Source of the DNA: Chiloscyllium plagiosum
Taxonomy: Eukaryota
Length of the DNA stretch: 42,119 bases
Assembly (NCBI RefSeq): GCF_004010195.1
Contig: NC_057719.1
Span: 10,438,206 to 10,480,324 of the forward strand
Reading direction: 5' to 3'
Below, piece after piece: positions 1 through 13,307 of the stretch. The notes under the pieces are model-generated. The model saw only the letters and a list, made by a program, of their open reading frames with translations. It was not told the origin of the DNA and did not search any database. The position numbers were made by a program, and so were the translations under genes. Numbering within the stretch: the stretch's first letter is position 1; each line of letters begins with the position of its first letter.

Positions 1-560
1 TCTGCTACCTGCACCCTTCAGGGCATGCAGGTTGCAGGTTTAGAAGGTGCTGTCAAAGAAAGCTTGGGAGTGGGGTTACAGTAGTGCTGTCACACTGCTT
101 TCATTGTGTGGACTTGGTCAATCTTTAATGAATGTCTAATAAAGCATCAATCATGGAGGCTACTTTACTGTGGGTGGTATCAAACATTTTGAATGCCATT
201 GGAGTGCCAGGCAAATGGAGAGTATTTTGTCACACTCCTGACTTGTGCCTTGTGCACAGCAGAGGTGAATTACTCACCGGGGAATTTGCAGCCTCTGACC
301 ACAGTACTTATATGGCAGGTGGAGGCATGATGGGCCAAATGGCCTCCTTCTGTACCATAACAACGCAGTGGCTCGGTGGTACACTTCAGTTTCTGGTTAA
401 TGATAACTTCCAGGATGTTGGCAGTCGGGGATCCCCACTGAATGTCAGGAAAAGGTGGTTGGTTTCTCTCTGGTTGGAGATGGCATTTCTGTGGTATGAA
501 TAAACTTTTTCACATGCTAGTTAGCAGCCCACACCTGAATGATGCCCGGATCTTGATGCA
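1..560 (-). mobile_element. Decayed LINE (CR1/L2-group) RT C-terminal fragment
   Basis: Contains the reverse complement of the segment at 35915-36040 (acaaggcacaagtcaggagtgtga...) and of the segment near 37587-37650. Confidence 0.55.
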
Positions 561-1489
561 CATAAATACAGAATACAGCTACATTTTGAGAGTGCACGCT
601 CGTCAGCCAATTGACTTCCTGACAAAAACAAAATTGTTGACAAAGAACATGCTTTTGTAGCATTTGGTAAGGAAAGGCCCATTGAATTCTGAACTGTAAA
701 TTTAGATTAGAAATTTATATAATAACTAAATGCAAATATACAATCAAATTAAACATTGAACTACAAAATAGATGACTGCCATTGAATACTGTGCTATTTG
801 TTAAAAGGCACCAGAGTCTGAAACCAAATAACTGATCTTGACAACATTTTGTTTTAGGACATGGTGAAACTGAATAATATCAAGCCATGCTAATAAAATA
901 CTCCATTACTGTGGAAGATGAAGAAACAACACAAACCACATAGACAAAGCAAGAGAGTATAAGTCGGAAAAATCATGGATTCAAACTCTGCAACTGCTCT
1001 GTGCAGACCACACCTTGGAAACCAAGACACATGAGAATAATGGCAAGCAAAGGCACAGGGCAGAACCACAGCTGCAAGGTACAACTGAAGAAGGCCGAGC
1101 CCCACAACCTTGAATTGCAGGTAACTAGGAGGCGATTCTCAAGGGCTAATCAAAATAACAATTCGTGTGGAAAATGCAAACCTAAGATAAACTGTGACAG
1201 TGGGACAAAGGCTGATTTTTTAAATTGAAAAATCAGATGCAGATTTAGACCTGCAATGAGATGCTGGAAGCTCGTACTTCCTCATTAGCCTCTTGGACTA
1301 TAACCTGGTGTTGTGTGATTTTTAACTTTGAATAGCATAGACTGAACAGCCCTGAAACACTGAACAATAGGTTCTTTTGGATGACTGAGCAAGGTTTTTC
1401 TTGTCTTTTGTCTATTTTATGTTCTTATTTGGGACAGAAGCAGACACTGGGCGAAGGGAGAAGAGAAAAATAAAAGTCTCTATACTGAT

Positions 1490-1608
1490 GTGGAGGTGCC
1501 GGTATTGGGCTGAGATGAACAAAGTCAGAAGTCACACGATACCAAGTTATAGTCCAACAGGTTTAGTTGAAATCACAAGCTTTAGGAGCGCTGCTCCTTC
1601 ATCAAGTG
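1490..1608 (-). mobile_element. PLE terminal fragment with decayed hammerhead core
   Basis: Same family as 40202-40416 and 33572-33738. Minus strand reads cac-TTGATGA-A-GGAGC-agc-GCTCC-TAAA-GCTT-gtg. A further scrap lies at 1293-1330. Confidence 0.6.
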
Positions 1609-2819
1609 AAATGGAATATTCAAAGTCAAGGAAGGCAAGAATAGACTTGTTGGTTAATGGCGTGTAATTAAATAGTTGCCAGACACTAGCTGCTCTGGTT
1701 CACATGAGCAGTTGAGAAGTTAGACATCTATTAGAGCTTGTGTTGCTGCATCTCCGTATTAGAAAACCCTCAAAGCTCAATAGTAAGCAATGGTTTAGAG
1801 AATAGGGAAGGCTATTTATCAAACATGAGCATTACTGAATTAAAATGCTGTTGAAGAGTTCCATCTTGCAATCATCAGTACAGTGGCAAGAATGTCAAAT
1901 TTCAAAAGGAATCTCCCAAATTTAGCCTTGTTCTTAGCAATATGAAAGGTTTCTCCTAATAATGCATTATGCATTTATTATTGACATAAACACTATTATA
2001 ATGAGCTACCAACAGATAAATACCTATTAAGAAAATTGCATTGTCTTTTATTTTCATTCAGAGGGTCAGCCAACCTTAATCCACAGAATTATATTTTCCA
2101 CTGTGCTCACTGCCTGTCCTGTGGAGAAGCCACTTTTTGCTCTCATCTGCACATGTCATCTTGCATCATTCTCGAGTCTGTTTTCCAGGGATTGCCTTGC
2201 ATAACACTTTTTCCTCCAAATACTCTGCCTTTTGGTCTCATCACACAGCCAACATCAGTGAGCTTTCCTTGCTGGTTCAAACAGGTTCCTCTTAACACTA
2301 TCTTTCTCAAGAACCTGCCCACCTGACTGTGCATGTCATACATAATGCCCATCTTGAGTCTTAACTAAACTGTCTTACCAAAATCCAAAACCAGATCACT
2401 GGAGACAGTTGTGAACATCAGCAGTATGATGCTAACATTATTCTTTTCTCTGATTCATCCTTATGTCAACTGAATTTGGCTCTCAATGTAATCAAATTAT
2501 TCCATAGCAAACAAAGTCTCCCTATGAAAAAAGGGGAAAATAAAGTCCCCATCTTCCGAATCGTGGCTACAACAGGTATTCAGCATCAGCAACATTCTAA
2601 CATTTTCAAATGGAATAACATTTTTATTAAATCTGAGTAGTTCAATCATAATAATAACTCTAAAAGCAAAAGCCTATGGAAGGCAAGGAAAAACATTCTA
2701 TTGAGGATAAAGGAAATCTGAAAGCATGACACAATAGATTATCAACAATGAGATAAATTTGTATAGAAAAGTTTTGAAAGCAGCAAATTTTACCAAGGTC
2801 CAATACTTGTCCAACATAA

Positions 2820-3115
2820 AAATGTAAGAAACAGGAGCAATTGTACATCAAGGCTCACATTGAGTCTCTCCATCTCTCAATAAGAACGTGCCTTTTTCTG
2901 TACACATTAACTCCACTTTCCTACATTACCCTCATATCATTTAATTCCCCTAAATGTCCAAATCCCAGCCTGGGATATACTCAACAAGTAAACATGCACA
3001 GGACCCCAGAGTAGAGATTTCCAAAGAAATTCACAGCACTCTGAATGAATAAAATTTTCCACATTTCAATCCCAAATGACTGAATCCATTATGCTGAGAC
3101 AATAGCCCCAAGTCC
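2820..3115 (-). mobile_element. Old CR1 LINE 3' end
   Basis: Degenerate match to the CR1 3' ends at 14310-14645 and 27235-27640. Confidence 0.45.
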
Positions 3116-6100
3116 TTTCCCTGAGAAAGGAGATGACAGCTATTCAAAGCTGGTTATGGACAGTTTTATATTCTACATTCATTTTGCCAAGATTCAATCA
3201 CAGACATATTAAAGCAGGTGACCATCTTTAATTGGAATTATATATTTCTTTCTTGAGTGCCACCTTTAAAATTAATATTGGCAGACAACTCGAGCCATGC
3301 TGGCATTATTATATTGCTGTCAACATTTCAATTAAACTGCTTTAACATAATCATTCTTATGAATTGCTGTACATCAAATTAAGTGCTTCAGACATATTAC
3401 ATAAGTTCACGGATTTTTTCTTTTAAATTACAACAGTAAAATTCAATATTACCAGAGAAATGATTAACACGATTGCACACTACTCAACACAAATGCCTAA
3501 CTCTCAGACAATCTTTGCCAAAGGTGTAAAATTCATTATTCTTTATTATTATTTTCTCTTCCAGGTGGAGACAACATAGAGTGGGAAAAGCCCCACAAAA
3601 TCTCATGCTGGCTCTAGTGGCACTTATTAAACAGAGATAAGCCAAGCTGTGAAAGAAAAATGCCGTTTTTTTCTCAATAAATCACTTTGACATTGTGGCA
3701 TGCAATGACCTTCACAGCTCCAGTTTAACAACATTCTCATAACCAGCAGCTGACATTAAAAAGAAGAGACAATATGTAAGGGCCGATGATTAAAATCCCT
3801 GCCGTACATATTTAATCCTCTTTAACTGTTTTATTTTCTATCATACATTTTTATCACCACTTTACAGAAAAAGAGAAGGCATTGCAGAATGACAGCAAAA
3901 CCACTCTGCTTTTACACTTTGTTGGGGAACTGTGCACGTGACTCACTCAACCCAAAGAAAAAATAAAATTGGGCATTTAGCTATGACAAAACCTGTTTCT
4001 GCAGTACAACTCTGAGGGAGCACAAGAATGGTTTGCTACTAACTGCATCAACCTGCCGATTCTAATCATATTTAAATAGACTGCTAGGTAAACTAGCCAA
4101 TGGATATAAATCTGTGAACTGAAAATAATTCTGCCACAAAGTTTATTTTGCCCACTCGCATACATTGCTGACTGACTTTTGCAGATCAATAATCTGATTT
4201 CCTGGATAATCTACATGTTTTTCTTTGCTCGAGTCAGACTGACCACAGTAACAAAAGGGTTAGAGGTGCCTGTTAAATAGAGTGAAGCATTCACACATCC
4301 TTTAAATCTTTTCATCATAAATGAATAAACTCTCTCCTTGAAAATCAAATCCTTTAAATAATAGGGCCAAAATGCATTTGATCTCCTCTTGTAGCTGGGA
4401 GAACAGAATGCAATAAGACAGCAGACTCTTTGTCACAGCTAAAACAGAAAGCAGGAATAAGCTGAACACAGCCTGAATGACAACACATACTGGACAAGCT
4501 TCACAGTATGGAGCTGTCCAAGGTCTAGACCCCATTAACCCTCTGGAACACCTAATGTACTTTCCAGCTTTCAAAGTACACATTAAATTTGACAAACACC
4601 ATCGACCACATTTTTGTCATGCTTCTAATGCATTACCAAGTGCAACTTGAGCAATGCATTTTGAAAAAAGCTACATTTTAAAATTTTGAAACAAATCCTT
4701 ATTTTCTTCTGATTCAATCATGCTGACTTTAAAATGTTGAAGGTGCATATTCAGTAAATCAGAAAAGCCAACATTCATTTACAGAATAGACATACTTCAT
4801 CTTAAAGTGCTTTTGTCAACACTAATGTAACTAAATGGACAATGTGAGAAAAAAGGTTGCAAGCAATATATTAAATGCATTTGATGAAAGGAAATCACCA
4901 GCTAGTTCAACAGTTACGTTCCAACAATCAGTAATAAAGACATGTTTGACACATTATGGATTCCAACTCATACTTAGTTAAAAAGAGGTGCTTTTGGAAA
5001 CTCCTATTCATATGAAATTATTGTGACTTTAGTATGAAATGTGTGCTAGGAAATCGACAACACTTTTTCCATCTCTCTCACTTTTACTGACTGAAAATTC
5101 AGATGTGACTTATTCATAGCAATTGGGTGGCTTTACAGCTGGTCACAGCATCTCTTGCTTGCAGAGGAAGGAAACTGGCCAGAAAACTGGGAATTAGCTA
5201 TAGTATTTGCACTCGATCACGACCCAGTGACATTTGCTGGAAGGACGAGGGACACTAGACAGATTGAGAATACCTGTGACTCTCATTTCGTCTCTTCACT
5301 ATCATGGGGGCAAGTTGATTACCTCGCCTAATTTCTATAACCCCAATGGTTCACTGTCTGTGTGTGACTCAACAGGATGGTTTAAGTTGAAAACACAGAA
5401 AATACAAAAAGCTTGCTCTCAATTTTCAAGAGTATTTATTTACACTGTACATCTTTCAGCTTAGCGTGCTTTCTGAAGGTTAGGAACTCGCGAAATGGTA
5501 GCAGCCTTCACTACAAAAGGGCCCAGATCGAGACAATCGTGGTTGGAAGGTGGGTAGACCAGGAACAGACTCTAAGTGTTTCTCAACTAAAGGATGTGGA
5601 GACACTATGTGGCTCAAAACATAAACAGAAGACCAAGGGCATGAATGTGGCAGTGCTGTCTTCTCAAGGATATTCTGCAGCAGAAACTTTAACAAGGCTG
5701 GCCAAAAGAATTACCAATAAATGCGTCATTATGGGGAGGATTATCCAAAACAATGGCAGAGGAATATAGGAAGTGAGATCCAGATCCAAAGCAGGGGAAT
5801 AGGGAAATACTCAAAAAGGGGACTTCTTAGGAGGATAGGGTTTGGGAGGGTGGCTGCAGGAAGGAGACAGGAACGAGGAAATGGAGGAGCAATCAGAAAA
5901 CAATACAACAGAAGGTTGAGAGAAATAGTCCTAGAACGGTGATGGGTAAAGCAAGATCAAAAAGGAATAGCTGGTAAACAACGTAGTGGGGGACTACCTC
6001 ATTTCTAAAAGGTGATCCTCTACAGACAGATGAGCTGAAAAACCAAGTATGTAAAGGTGCTACACGTCAATATCATTACAACAATGGGTCAAAACCCCAA

Positions 6101-6679
6101 AGCACTATGGGAATCTGCAGCCCTTAATTTAAAATCTATCAGCCTATGTTCAAACATTAGCTTATTGTGAAGGTCACAGTTTTTAAAAAAAATCCCTTAG
6201 TCATCCCTGTGCTGCAGGTAAAAACCATCACTCACTCAAAATGCTAGAATTCAATCATGGTCAAAAAAAGTCAGAAATATAGAACCTCAAACCAACTAGC
6301 AGGCCTGGAAACAATGACCAACTTTTCAACTCCCAACATCAATGCTGTCAGTAACCTACACTGGAATGGTTGCAACATTAGAGACTGAGCTGTATGTCTG
6401 TGTCTTTTCATCTTTCAGCATCTTGAAATCAACTCCTGTAACTAATCTATGTATATGTGTGATTCATTCATATATATTCTCATGCCGTAATTAATAAACT
6501 CACTCTTTCTGCTATTTGAAGAACGCTTGGCTAAATTGACTCCTTTTTATACCATAACTTCATTTGAGAGATAAGAAAGGGAAGAGGCACTTCTCAAATC
6601 AACCTTGTTACAACTGACTGAGGTGGAGACCCAGCTTATCCTCCTCAAGTAGAAATTTAACAATTCCGGGTATCCAAAG

Positions 6680-7562
6680 AGTCATTGTCATTCACCACGA
6701 AAACAGATCCTCCCATCCAACCAGTCCACGCCAACTACGTTCCCAAACTAAACTGGTCACACTTGCCTGCACTTGGCCCATATCCCTCCAAACGTTTCCT
6801 GTTCATGAACTTATCCAAACGTCTTTTAAATGTTATAAACTGTACCTGAATCCACCACTTTCTCTGGTAGTTCATTTCACACATAAACCACTCTGTGTAA
6901 AGAAGTTGCCCCTCACGTTCTTTCTCCTCTCACCTTAAAGACACACTCCCTAGTTTTGAACTCCCTCATCCTGGGGAAAAGACCCTTGTCATTCAGTTTA
7001 TGTGTGCCCCTCATGATTTTATAAACCTCAATAAGGTCACTCCGCAGCCTCTTACTTGCCAGCGAAAGAAGTCCTTACCTTTTCATCCTATTTTCATACC
7101 TTAAACCCTCCATTCCCAGCAATATCCTGGTAATACTTTTCTGAACCCTCTCCAGTTTGATAATATCCTTCTTATAACAGGGTGAGTAGAACTGGACACA
7201 GTATTCCAGAAAAGGCCTCACCAATATCCTGTACAACCTTAACATGACACCCCAAATCTTATACTCAATGGTCTGAGCAACAAAGGCAAACTTGCTAAAT
7301 GTCTTCTTAACCATCCCATCTACCTTTGATGCAAACTTTAAAGAATTATGCACCTGAACACCTAGGTCTCTCTGTTCTACAACACTAAACAACTCCCAAC
7401 ATCAGCGCTGTCAGTAACCTATATTGGAATGTTTGAACATTAGAGACATTATACAGGGCCCCACCATTACTTGTATAAGTCCTGTCCTTGTTTGTATTAC
7501 CAAAGTGCAATACCTCACATTTATTCAAATTAAACTCCATCTGCCATTCTTCAGCATGTCCA
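6680..7562 (-). mobile_element. CR1 LINE 3' fragment (RT C-terminus and 3'UTR)
   Basis: ORF remnants WQMEFNLNKCEVLHFG, RDLGVQVHNSLK and LYRILVRPFLEYCVQFYSPCYKKDIIKLERVQK. Interrupted at about 7388-7450. Confidence 0.9.
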
Positions 7563-7589
7563 ATTTGGAATAATGATAATTGAAAACAA

Positions 7590-7780
7590 AAAATGCTCGA
7601 GATCACAGAGATTCACGGGCTATCTATGGAGAGAAAGCAAGCTAACGTTTTGAATATAGTTGACTTTTCATCAGAGCTGACGTGAAGTGTGGAGAGGATA
7701 GCATTTATGCAATAGTTAGGAGGGAAAGTGGAGTGCTGGGGGAGAAAGGATGTTGATAATGGAGATTAAGTAATTGGAAT
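7590..7780 (-). mobile_element. PLE terminal fragment with decayed hammerhead core (7674-7644)
   Basis: Minus strand reads gct-CTGATGA-aaagtcaactatattc-AAAA-CGTT-agc, followed by the PLE-type tail ctttctctccatag. Confidence 0.5.
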
Positions 7781-7781
7781 A

Positions 7782-8350
7782 AGACAATAAGACACAGGAG
7801 CAGAAATTAGCCCACTAAGTCTACTCCACCATTCAATCATGGCTAATAGGTTTTTCAAGCCCATTCTTCTGTCTTCTCCCTGTAACCTTTGATCCTCTTA
7901 ACATTCAAGAATCTATCTATCTCTGTCTTAAATATATGGGCAGCCCTCCACAGCCTTAGAGTCATGGAGATGTACAGCACAGAACAGACCCTTCAGTTCA
8001 ACTTGTCCATGTCAATCTGATATCCAAAATTAATCTACTCCCATTTGCCAGTACTTGGCCCATATCCCTCTAAACTTTTCCTATTCCTGTACCCATCCAG
8101 ATGTCTTTTAAATTCTGTGGGAATGGATTCCATAGATTCACCACTCTCTGGCTGAATAAGTTTTTCCTTATCTCCATTCTTAAGGGTCTTCCCTTTACTG
8201 TATTACTGTGCCCTTGGGTCTTAGTCTCTCCATTTTCCCAACATTCACTTTGTCCAGGCCATTCTGTATTCTGTAAATTGCAATTAGAAACTCCTCATCC
8301 TTCTAAACTCCATCGATGATAGACCCAGAGTCCTCAAACGTTCCTCACAT
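7782..8350 (-). mobile_element. CR1 3' fragment with a second CR1 3' end nested at about 7958-8112
   Basis: ORF remnant EERLRTLGLSSMEFRRMR; two different CR1 3'UTR tails are interleaved. Confidence 0.75.
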
Positions 8351-8539
8351 GTAAAGAACAGACAGTCCCATTGGAGTGTGAAGGAAGGGAGAGGGGGCAT
8401 GGTGACAGAGAATTTAACAAGTAAAGCTAAAACAAAGGGAAAGAATGGGAGTGGGTTCACAATCATGATGAAATGGGGACCCTGACCCAGACTCTAGTCT
8501 TAACATTTGTGTTTTCTCTCTCTACTCCCCCATCTCCGC

Positions 8540-8622
8540 GCACACATCTACCCACAGATACACATACACACATAGACACACTCACATACACAATCTCACT
8601 CTCTCACACACACTCACACACT
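8540..8622. repeat. Degenerate (CA)-rich microsatellite
   Basis: cacacatctacccacagatacacatacacacatagacacactcacatacac... Confidence 0.8.
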
Positions 8623-8631
8623 CTTAACTAA

Positions 8632-8854
8632 GCTAACCAGCCACTGTACAGAACCACATGTTTGAAAGAGGTGTTCTTTAGTCCCATTTGAAAGCAAACT
8701 AATGACTGCTGTGAGATGGGTCATGAGGGTTATTGGTTTACAGCAACCAAATCAGTCAAATTGGACATTCATTCAGAGATACACTAGAATTTGAGGATTA
8801 ATAGCAATATATTACTTTTATGACAAATCTGTAAATCAATGTTTTCAATTATTA
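8632..8854 (+). repeat. 223-bp direct repeat, copy 1
   Basis: Gap-free alignment with 10388-10610; 28 mismatches by hand count (about 87% identity). Confidence 0.9.
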
Positions 8855-9182
8855 TTCACACGTCTCCTTCAACAATCTTTATCTTTTATCTCCAACAATG
8901 CACATTCAAGATGATGTCTTAATCATAGCAGATTAGAACCAGTCACTAGGGTGCAACGAAGCAGGACTGCGCAAGAAAGTTTCAGTTTCAAAACATCAGT
9001 CACTTCCATAAATTGAAATGATGAAACTGGACCTAACCATGGAAGGAGGGAGTGGAGGTGACAAGAAACAAGTAAGATAGTTGTACAAAGGAATTGTATT
9101 TTCAAATTTATTCATTAACCTTAATGTTCAGTATGAACTTCGAGTCGTGAAGGTTTTAATGGGTCAACATATCCCATCCATT

Positions 9183-9390
9183 AGGCAAAAGTGAGGACTG
9201 CAGATGCTGGAGATTGAAGTCAGAAGTGTGATGCTGGAAAAGCAGAGCAGGTCAGGCAGCATCCGAGGAGCAGGAAAATCAACGTTTCAGGCAAAGGGCT
9301 GATGAAGGGCTTTTGCCCGAAATGTCAATTTTCCTCTCCTTGGATGCTGCCTGACCTCCTGTGCTTTTCCAGCACCACACTCTTGACTCT
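9183..9390. mobile_element. Fold-back non-autonomous PLE derivative with 14-bp TSD
   Basis: Inverted arms at about 9226-9295 and 9311-9380. TSD atatcccatccatt at 9169-9182 and 9391-9404. The arms match the termini of the GIY-YIG element at 36284-37512. Confidence 0.85.
9299..9326 (+). ncRNA. Minimal type-I hammerhead ribozyme motif (decayed)
   Basis: CTGATGA-A-GGGC-TTTT-GCCC-GAAA-TGTC. Perfect stem II; GAAACGTC has become GAAATGTC (CpG decay). The 5' strand of stem I is lost. Confidence 0.6.
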
Positions 9391-10387
9391 ATATCCCATC
9401 CATTGCAGAATAATACATTTTATTAGCTTAATTCCAGACCTTTTTACAGTATTATATGGCAAAATATTTAAAAGCCAATGTGACATTTAATAGTATTAAG
9501 TGCACCAGTGCATGTGATTCAACCTTAATGTACGCAATTGTTCTAATGGTGAAAATGATGAATCTGTTCACTTATTAACAGATTACGATTTAGGATATGT
9601 TAAAAAACTAGTTATACTGACTAAATGATTAGTCTTTCCACTGGATTCACAAAACAGCATGACAGCTCAATATTCCTTGATCCAATACAGAAATACAACA
9701 AGCATATATTGTTAATTAATTCTCATTTATAAGAATCTTTTCTCCTTTAATCACAGTTTGAAATTTACATCTTAACATTGAGTATCTCATTTCCAGAGTT
9801 CATTCAGATAACAGACTCCAACTTAAGGTTGTGGATTAGTTACAAATGAGTGAACTCGTGCCTCAGGAAATGGCCTCATGTAATGAAGCAAGCCAATGTC
9901 TGCAATGGCAGAGCACTGGACACCCAGTTTTTTTTAGATTATCAGTTTGAATATGGCTGGGTTTTAAGTCATATTATTACATAAGGCACCGCACACGATG
10001 GTCTGTATTTTCAGGGACCTGCAAGAGTGAAACAGATGGGAGATAGGGTAGGCTGAATAGAACGAAGGAAGGTATGGGCTGGAATGCGCTCACCTTTGTG
10101 CCACCTCAGAATTCTGCCAGTGGCAGGGATAGTCATGGCCACACCCAGTTGGCATGGCCCTGACAGAAGAGATGCAGTCACCTGGCTGCTCAGCAACTTG
10201 AAGGCAGATCCCTCTCCTTGAAAGTGATGGGACATAAGCACATTAGGTACATCATGGGCAGGGCCCATGTCCCATCACTGAGAACCACTGTTGTCCCAAA
10301 AAAAACCATCTCAATGTATGTCAGCTTGTGCAAGTGTGTGATTGTGTACTTGTTATCAGTGTGAAGGAAGAAAATGCCATTTGCTCT

Positions 10388-10610
10388 GCTAACCAGCCTC
10401 TGTGGAGCACTACATGCTTGAAAGGGGTGTGCTTTAAACCCATTGGAAAACAGCCTAATGACTGCTGTGAGATGGGTCATGAGGGCTATTGGTTCACAGC
10501 AACTAAATCAGTCAAATTGAACTTTTATTCAGTGATACACTAGAATTTGAGGATTAGTAGCTAAATATTACTCTTTTGACAAACCTGTAAATCAATGTTT
10601 CCAATTATTA
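10388..10610 (+). repeat. 223-bp direct repeat, copy 2
   Basis: Gap-free alignment with 8632-8854. Confidence 0.9.
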
Positions 10611-10659
10611 CCAACCTCCATGTCACATGTCACAGTCTAAACTGATACGTCCACTGTAG

Positions 10660-10746
10660 GGCCTACCTCAGAGCCAGGAGGCCTGGGTTTAAATCCCACC
10701 TCCTCCAGAGATGTGTTAGAACATTTCTTAACAAGTTGATTTAAAT
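10660..10746 (+). mobile_element. Short tRNA-like SINE fragment
   Basis: gagccaggaggcctgggtttaaatcccacc...agttgatt; same family as 24398-24505 (+) and 35525-35625 (-). Confidence 0.5.
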
Positions 10747-11234
10747 AACTCCAATCAATATATCCAAAAGAAATACAGTCGACCTTACTCATGTGGAAGC
10801 AAATTAGGGAAAAAGAAACACATGGGGAGGAAGGGAAAATAAATAATGCATATTAGATAGCTGGTACAGAATGGAAAGTGCTTTATAATCCATCATCCAG
10901 TCCCCAATACATAAATTTTTAATTAACTGGTTGAACCAAGATTGCCACTCATCTTCTACGAACTTCCTGTAGTTATCAGAAATTCTCACAATCGCAGATG
11001 GAATACTACAGTGGAAACTGTTGTTTATAAGTCCAGAAGGGTTAATACTTGATTGCAAGAAATGAGCACCATCCACTGTGATTATATCGTGAGGTAGTAA
11101 AGTGGGATCTCTTGAAGACAGATCTCAAGCTGGGTTCTCCAAATAGTTTTTGTAGTAATGTACAGCCTATTCATAAAACCTGCAAATTGTTGAGGAGATG
11201 CAATAAACAGCATCTTGCTTTATTTAAAATTCCT

Positions 11235-11385
11235 CTGTGGGATGGGGCTGGTTGGGCCGGCATTTATTGCCTGTCCCTAGTTGCCCTTGAGAACGTGGTG
11301 GTGAGCTGCTTTCTTGAACCATTGCAGTATATGCGTTGTGGATTGTCCCACAATGCCATGAGGGAGGGAATTCCAGGATTTTAAC
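11235..11385 (-). mobile_element. CR1/L2-group LINE 3' end
   Basis: Reverse complement of the tail at 37720-37885 (SWNSLP...FKKAAHHH...gggcaataaatg). Confidence 0.75.
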
Positions 11386-11690
11386 CCTACCCTTACTCTA
11401 CAAAACTCTTCTCATTGGACCAGATGGTGGCTATTCACACACTGTCTTGCCCACACAAGCCCCAAAGAACCATCACATTCAGAAGATATGTATAGCAGCA
11501 CATGCTACATGGTGATCAGTGGGAGATCTGACTAAGCGGTACCAGTTCCGATGAGGCAAACATTCTAGTAACCGAAAAAATTTTAAGGAAAAGGCACTTT
11601 CCCCTCCAACCCACTCACCATCCTGACTTTGAAATATAGCGTTATTACTTCAGTGTTGTGGTTCTGTTCGCCGAGCTGGGAATTTGTGCT

Positions 11691-11731
11691 GCAGACATTT
11701 TCGTCCCCTGTCTAGGTGACATCCTCAGCGC
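11691..11731 (-). ncRNA. Minimal hammerhead motif in PLE terminus (decayed)
   Basis: GCG-CTGAGGA-T-GTCACC-TAGACA-GGGGAC-GAAAA-TGTC-TGC. Confidence 0.55.
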
Positions 11732-13266
11732 TTGGGAGCCTCCTGTGAAGCGCTTCTGTGTTGTTTCCTTCGGCATTTATAGTGGTTTGTCTCTGCCGCT
11801 TCTGGTTGTCAGTTCCAGCTGTCCGCTGCAGTGGCCGGTATATTGGGCCCAGGTCGATATGTTTGTTGATATAATCTGTGGATGAGCGCCATGCCGCTAG
11901 GAATTCCTTGGCTGTTCTCTGTTTGGCTTGTCCTATAATAGTAGTGTTGTCCCAGTCAAACTTATGTTGCTTGTCATCCGCGTGTGGGGCTACTAAGGAT
12001 AGCTGGTCGTGTCATTTCGTGGCGAGTTGGTGTTCATGGATACGGATCGTTAGCTGTCTTGCTGTTAGTCCTGTCTTATGTTTTGTGCAGTCCTTGCATG
12101 GGATTTTGTACACTATGTTGGTTTTGCTCATGCTGGGTATCGGGTCCTTCGTCCTGGTGAGTTGTTGTCTGAGAGTGGCTGTTGGTTTGTGTGCTGTTAT
12201 GAGTCCGAGTGGTCGTAGTAGTCAGGCTGTCAGTTCAGAAGTGTTCTTACTGTATGGTAGAGTGGCTAGTCCTTTGGGTTGTGGCATGTCCTCATTCCGT
12301 TGTCTTTCCCTGAGGCATCTATTGATGAAATTGCGGGAGTATCCGTTTTTGGTAAATACATTGTAGAGGTGTTCTTCCTTTTTTTGCAGTTCTGGTGTGC
12401 TGCAGTGTGTTGTGGCCCTTTTGAACAGTGTCTTGATGCAACTTCTTTTGTGTGTGTTGGATCAGTGGATCCAGACACTCTATACAGTCAACACAGGAAT
12501 TCTTGGACATCATCAGAAATATACACATAGACAAGGAAGAAGCTATGGTCTCATTCGATGTAACGGCACTATTCACTTCTATCGACAAAACCCTAGCCAG
12601 AGAAACAATAGCCAACCTGCTGGACATACAGAACAGACAACGAGACGGGGAACCTATCAACAAAGACTGCATACTCAAACCACTGGACCTGTGCCTCCCA
12701 ACACACTTCACATTCAACAACCAAATATATGAACAAATCAACGGCACACCCATGGGCTCACCCATCTCTGGACTCATAGCAGAAGCGGTAATGCAAAGGT
12801 TAGAACAAACAGTCTTACTGCAAAGGAATACAGGAAAGCCACACACACAGACCAAGTCCTGAACTATGAAAGCAACCACCCCAACACACACAAAATCCCA
12901 TGCAAGGACTGCACAAAACACTACATAGGACAAACAGCAAGACAGCTAACGATCCGTGTCCATGAACACCAACTAGCCACAAAACAACATGACCAGTATC
13001 CTTAGTAGCCACACACACAGATGACAAGCAACATGAGTTCGACTGGGACAACACTACTATTATAGGACAAGCCAAACAGACAGCAGCCAAGGGATTCCTC
13101 GAGGCATGGCACTCATCCGCAGATTCTATCAACAAACACATCGACCTGGCCCCAATATACCAGCCACTGCAGCGGACAGCTGGAACTGACAACTGGAAGC
13201 GACAGATACAAATCACTATAAATGCTGGAGGAATCAACACAGAAGTGCTTCACAGGAGGCTCCCAA

Positions 13267-13307
13267 GCACTGAGGATGTCACCTAGACAGGGGACGAAAA
13301 CATCTGC
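13267..13307 (+). ncRNA. Minimal hammerhead motif in PLE terminus (decayed)
   Basis: GCA-CTGAGGA-T-GTCACC-TAGACA-GGGGAC-GAAAA-CATC-TGC; stem I is GCA/TGC. Confidence 0.55.

Noticed and set aside
6260..6660. Possible solo LTR fragment
   Set aside because: Only an AATAAA and a general resemblance; no TG...CA ends or TSD could be defined.
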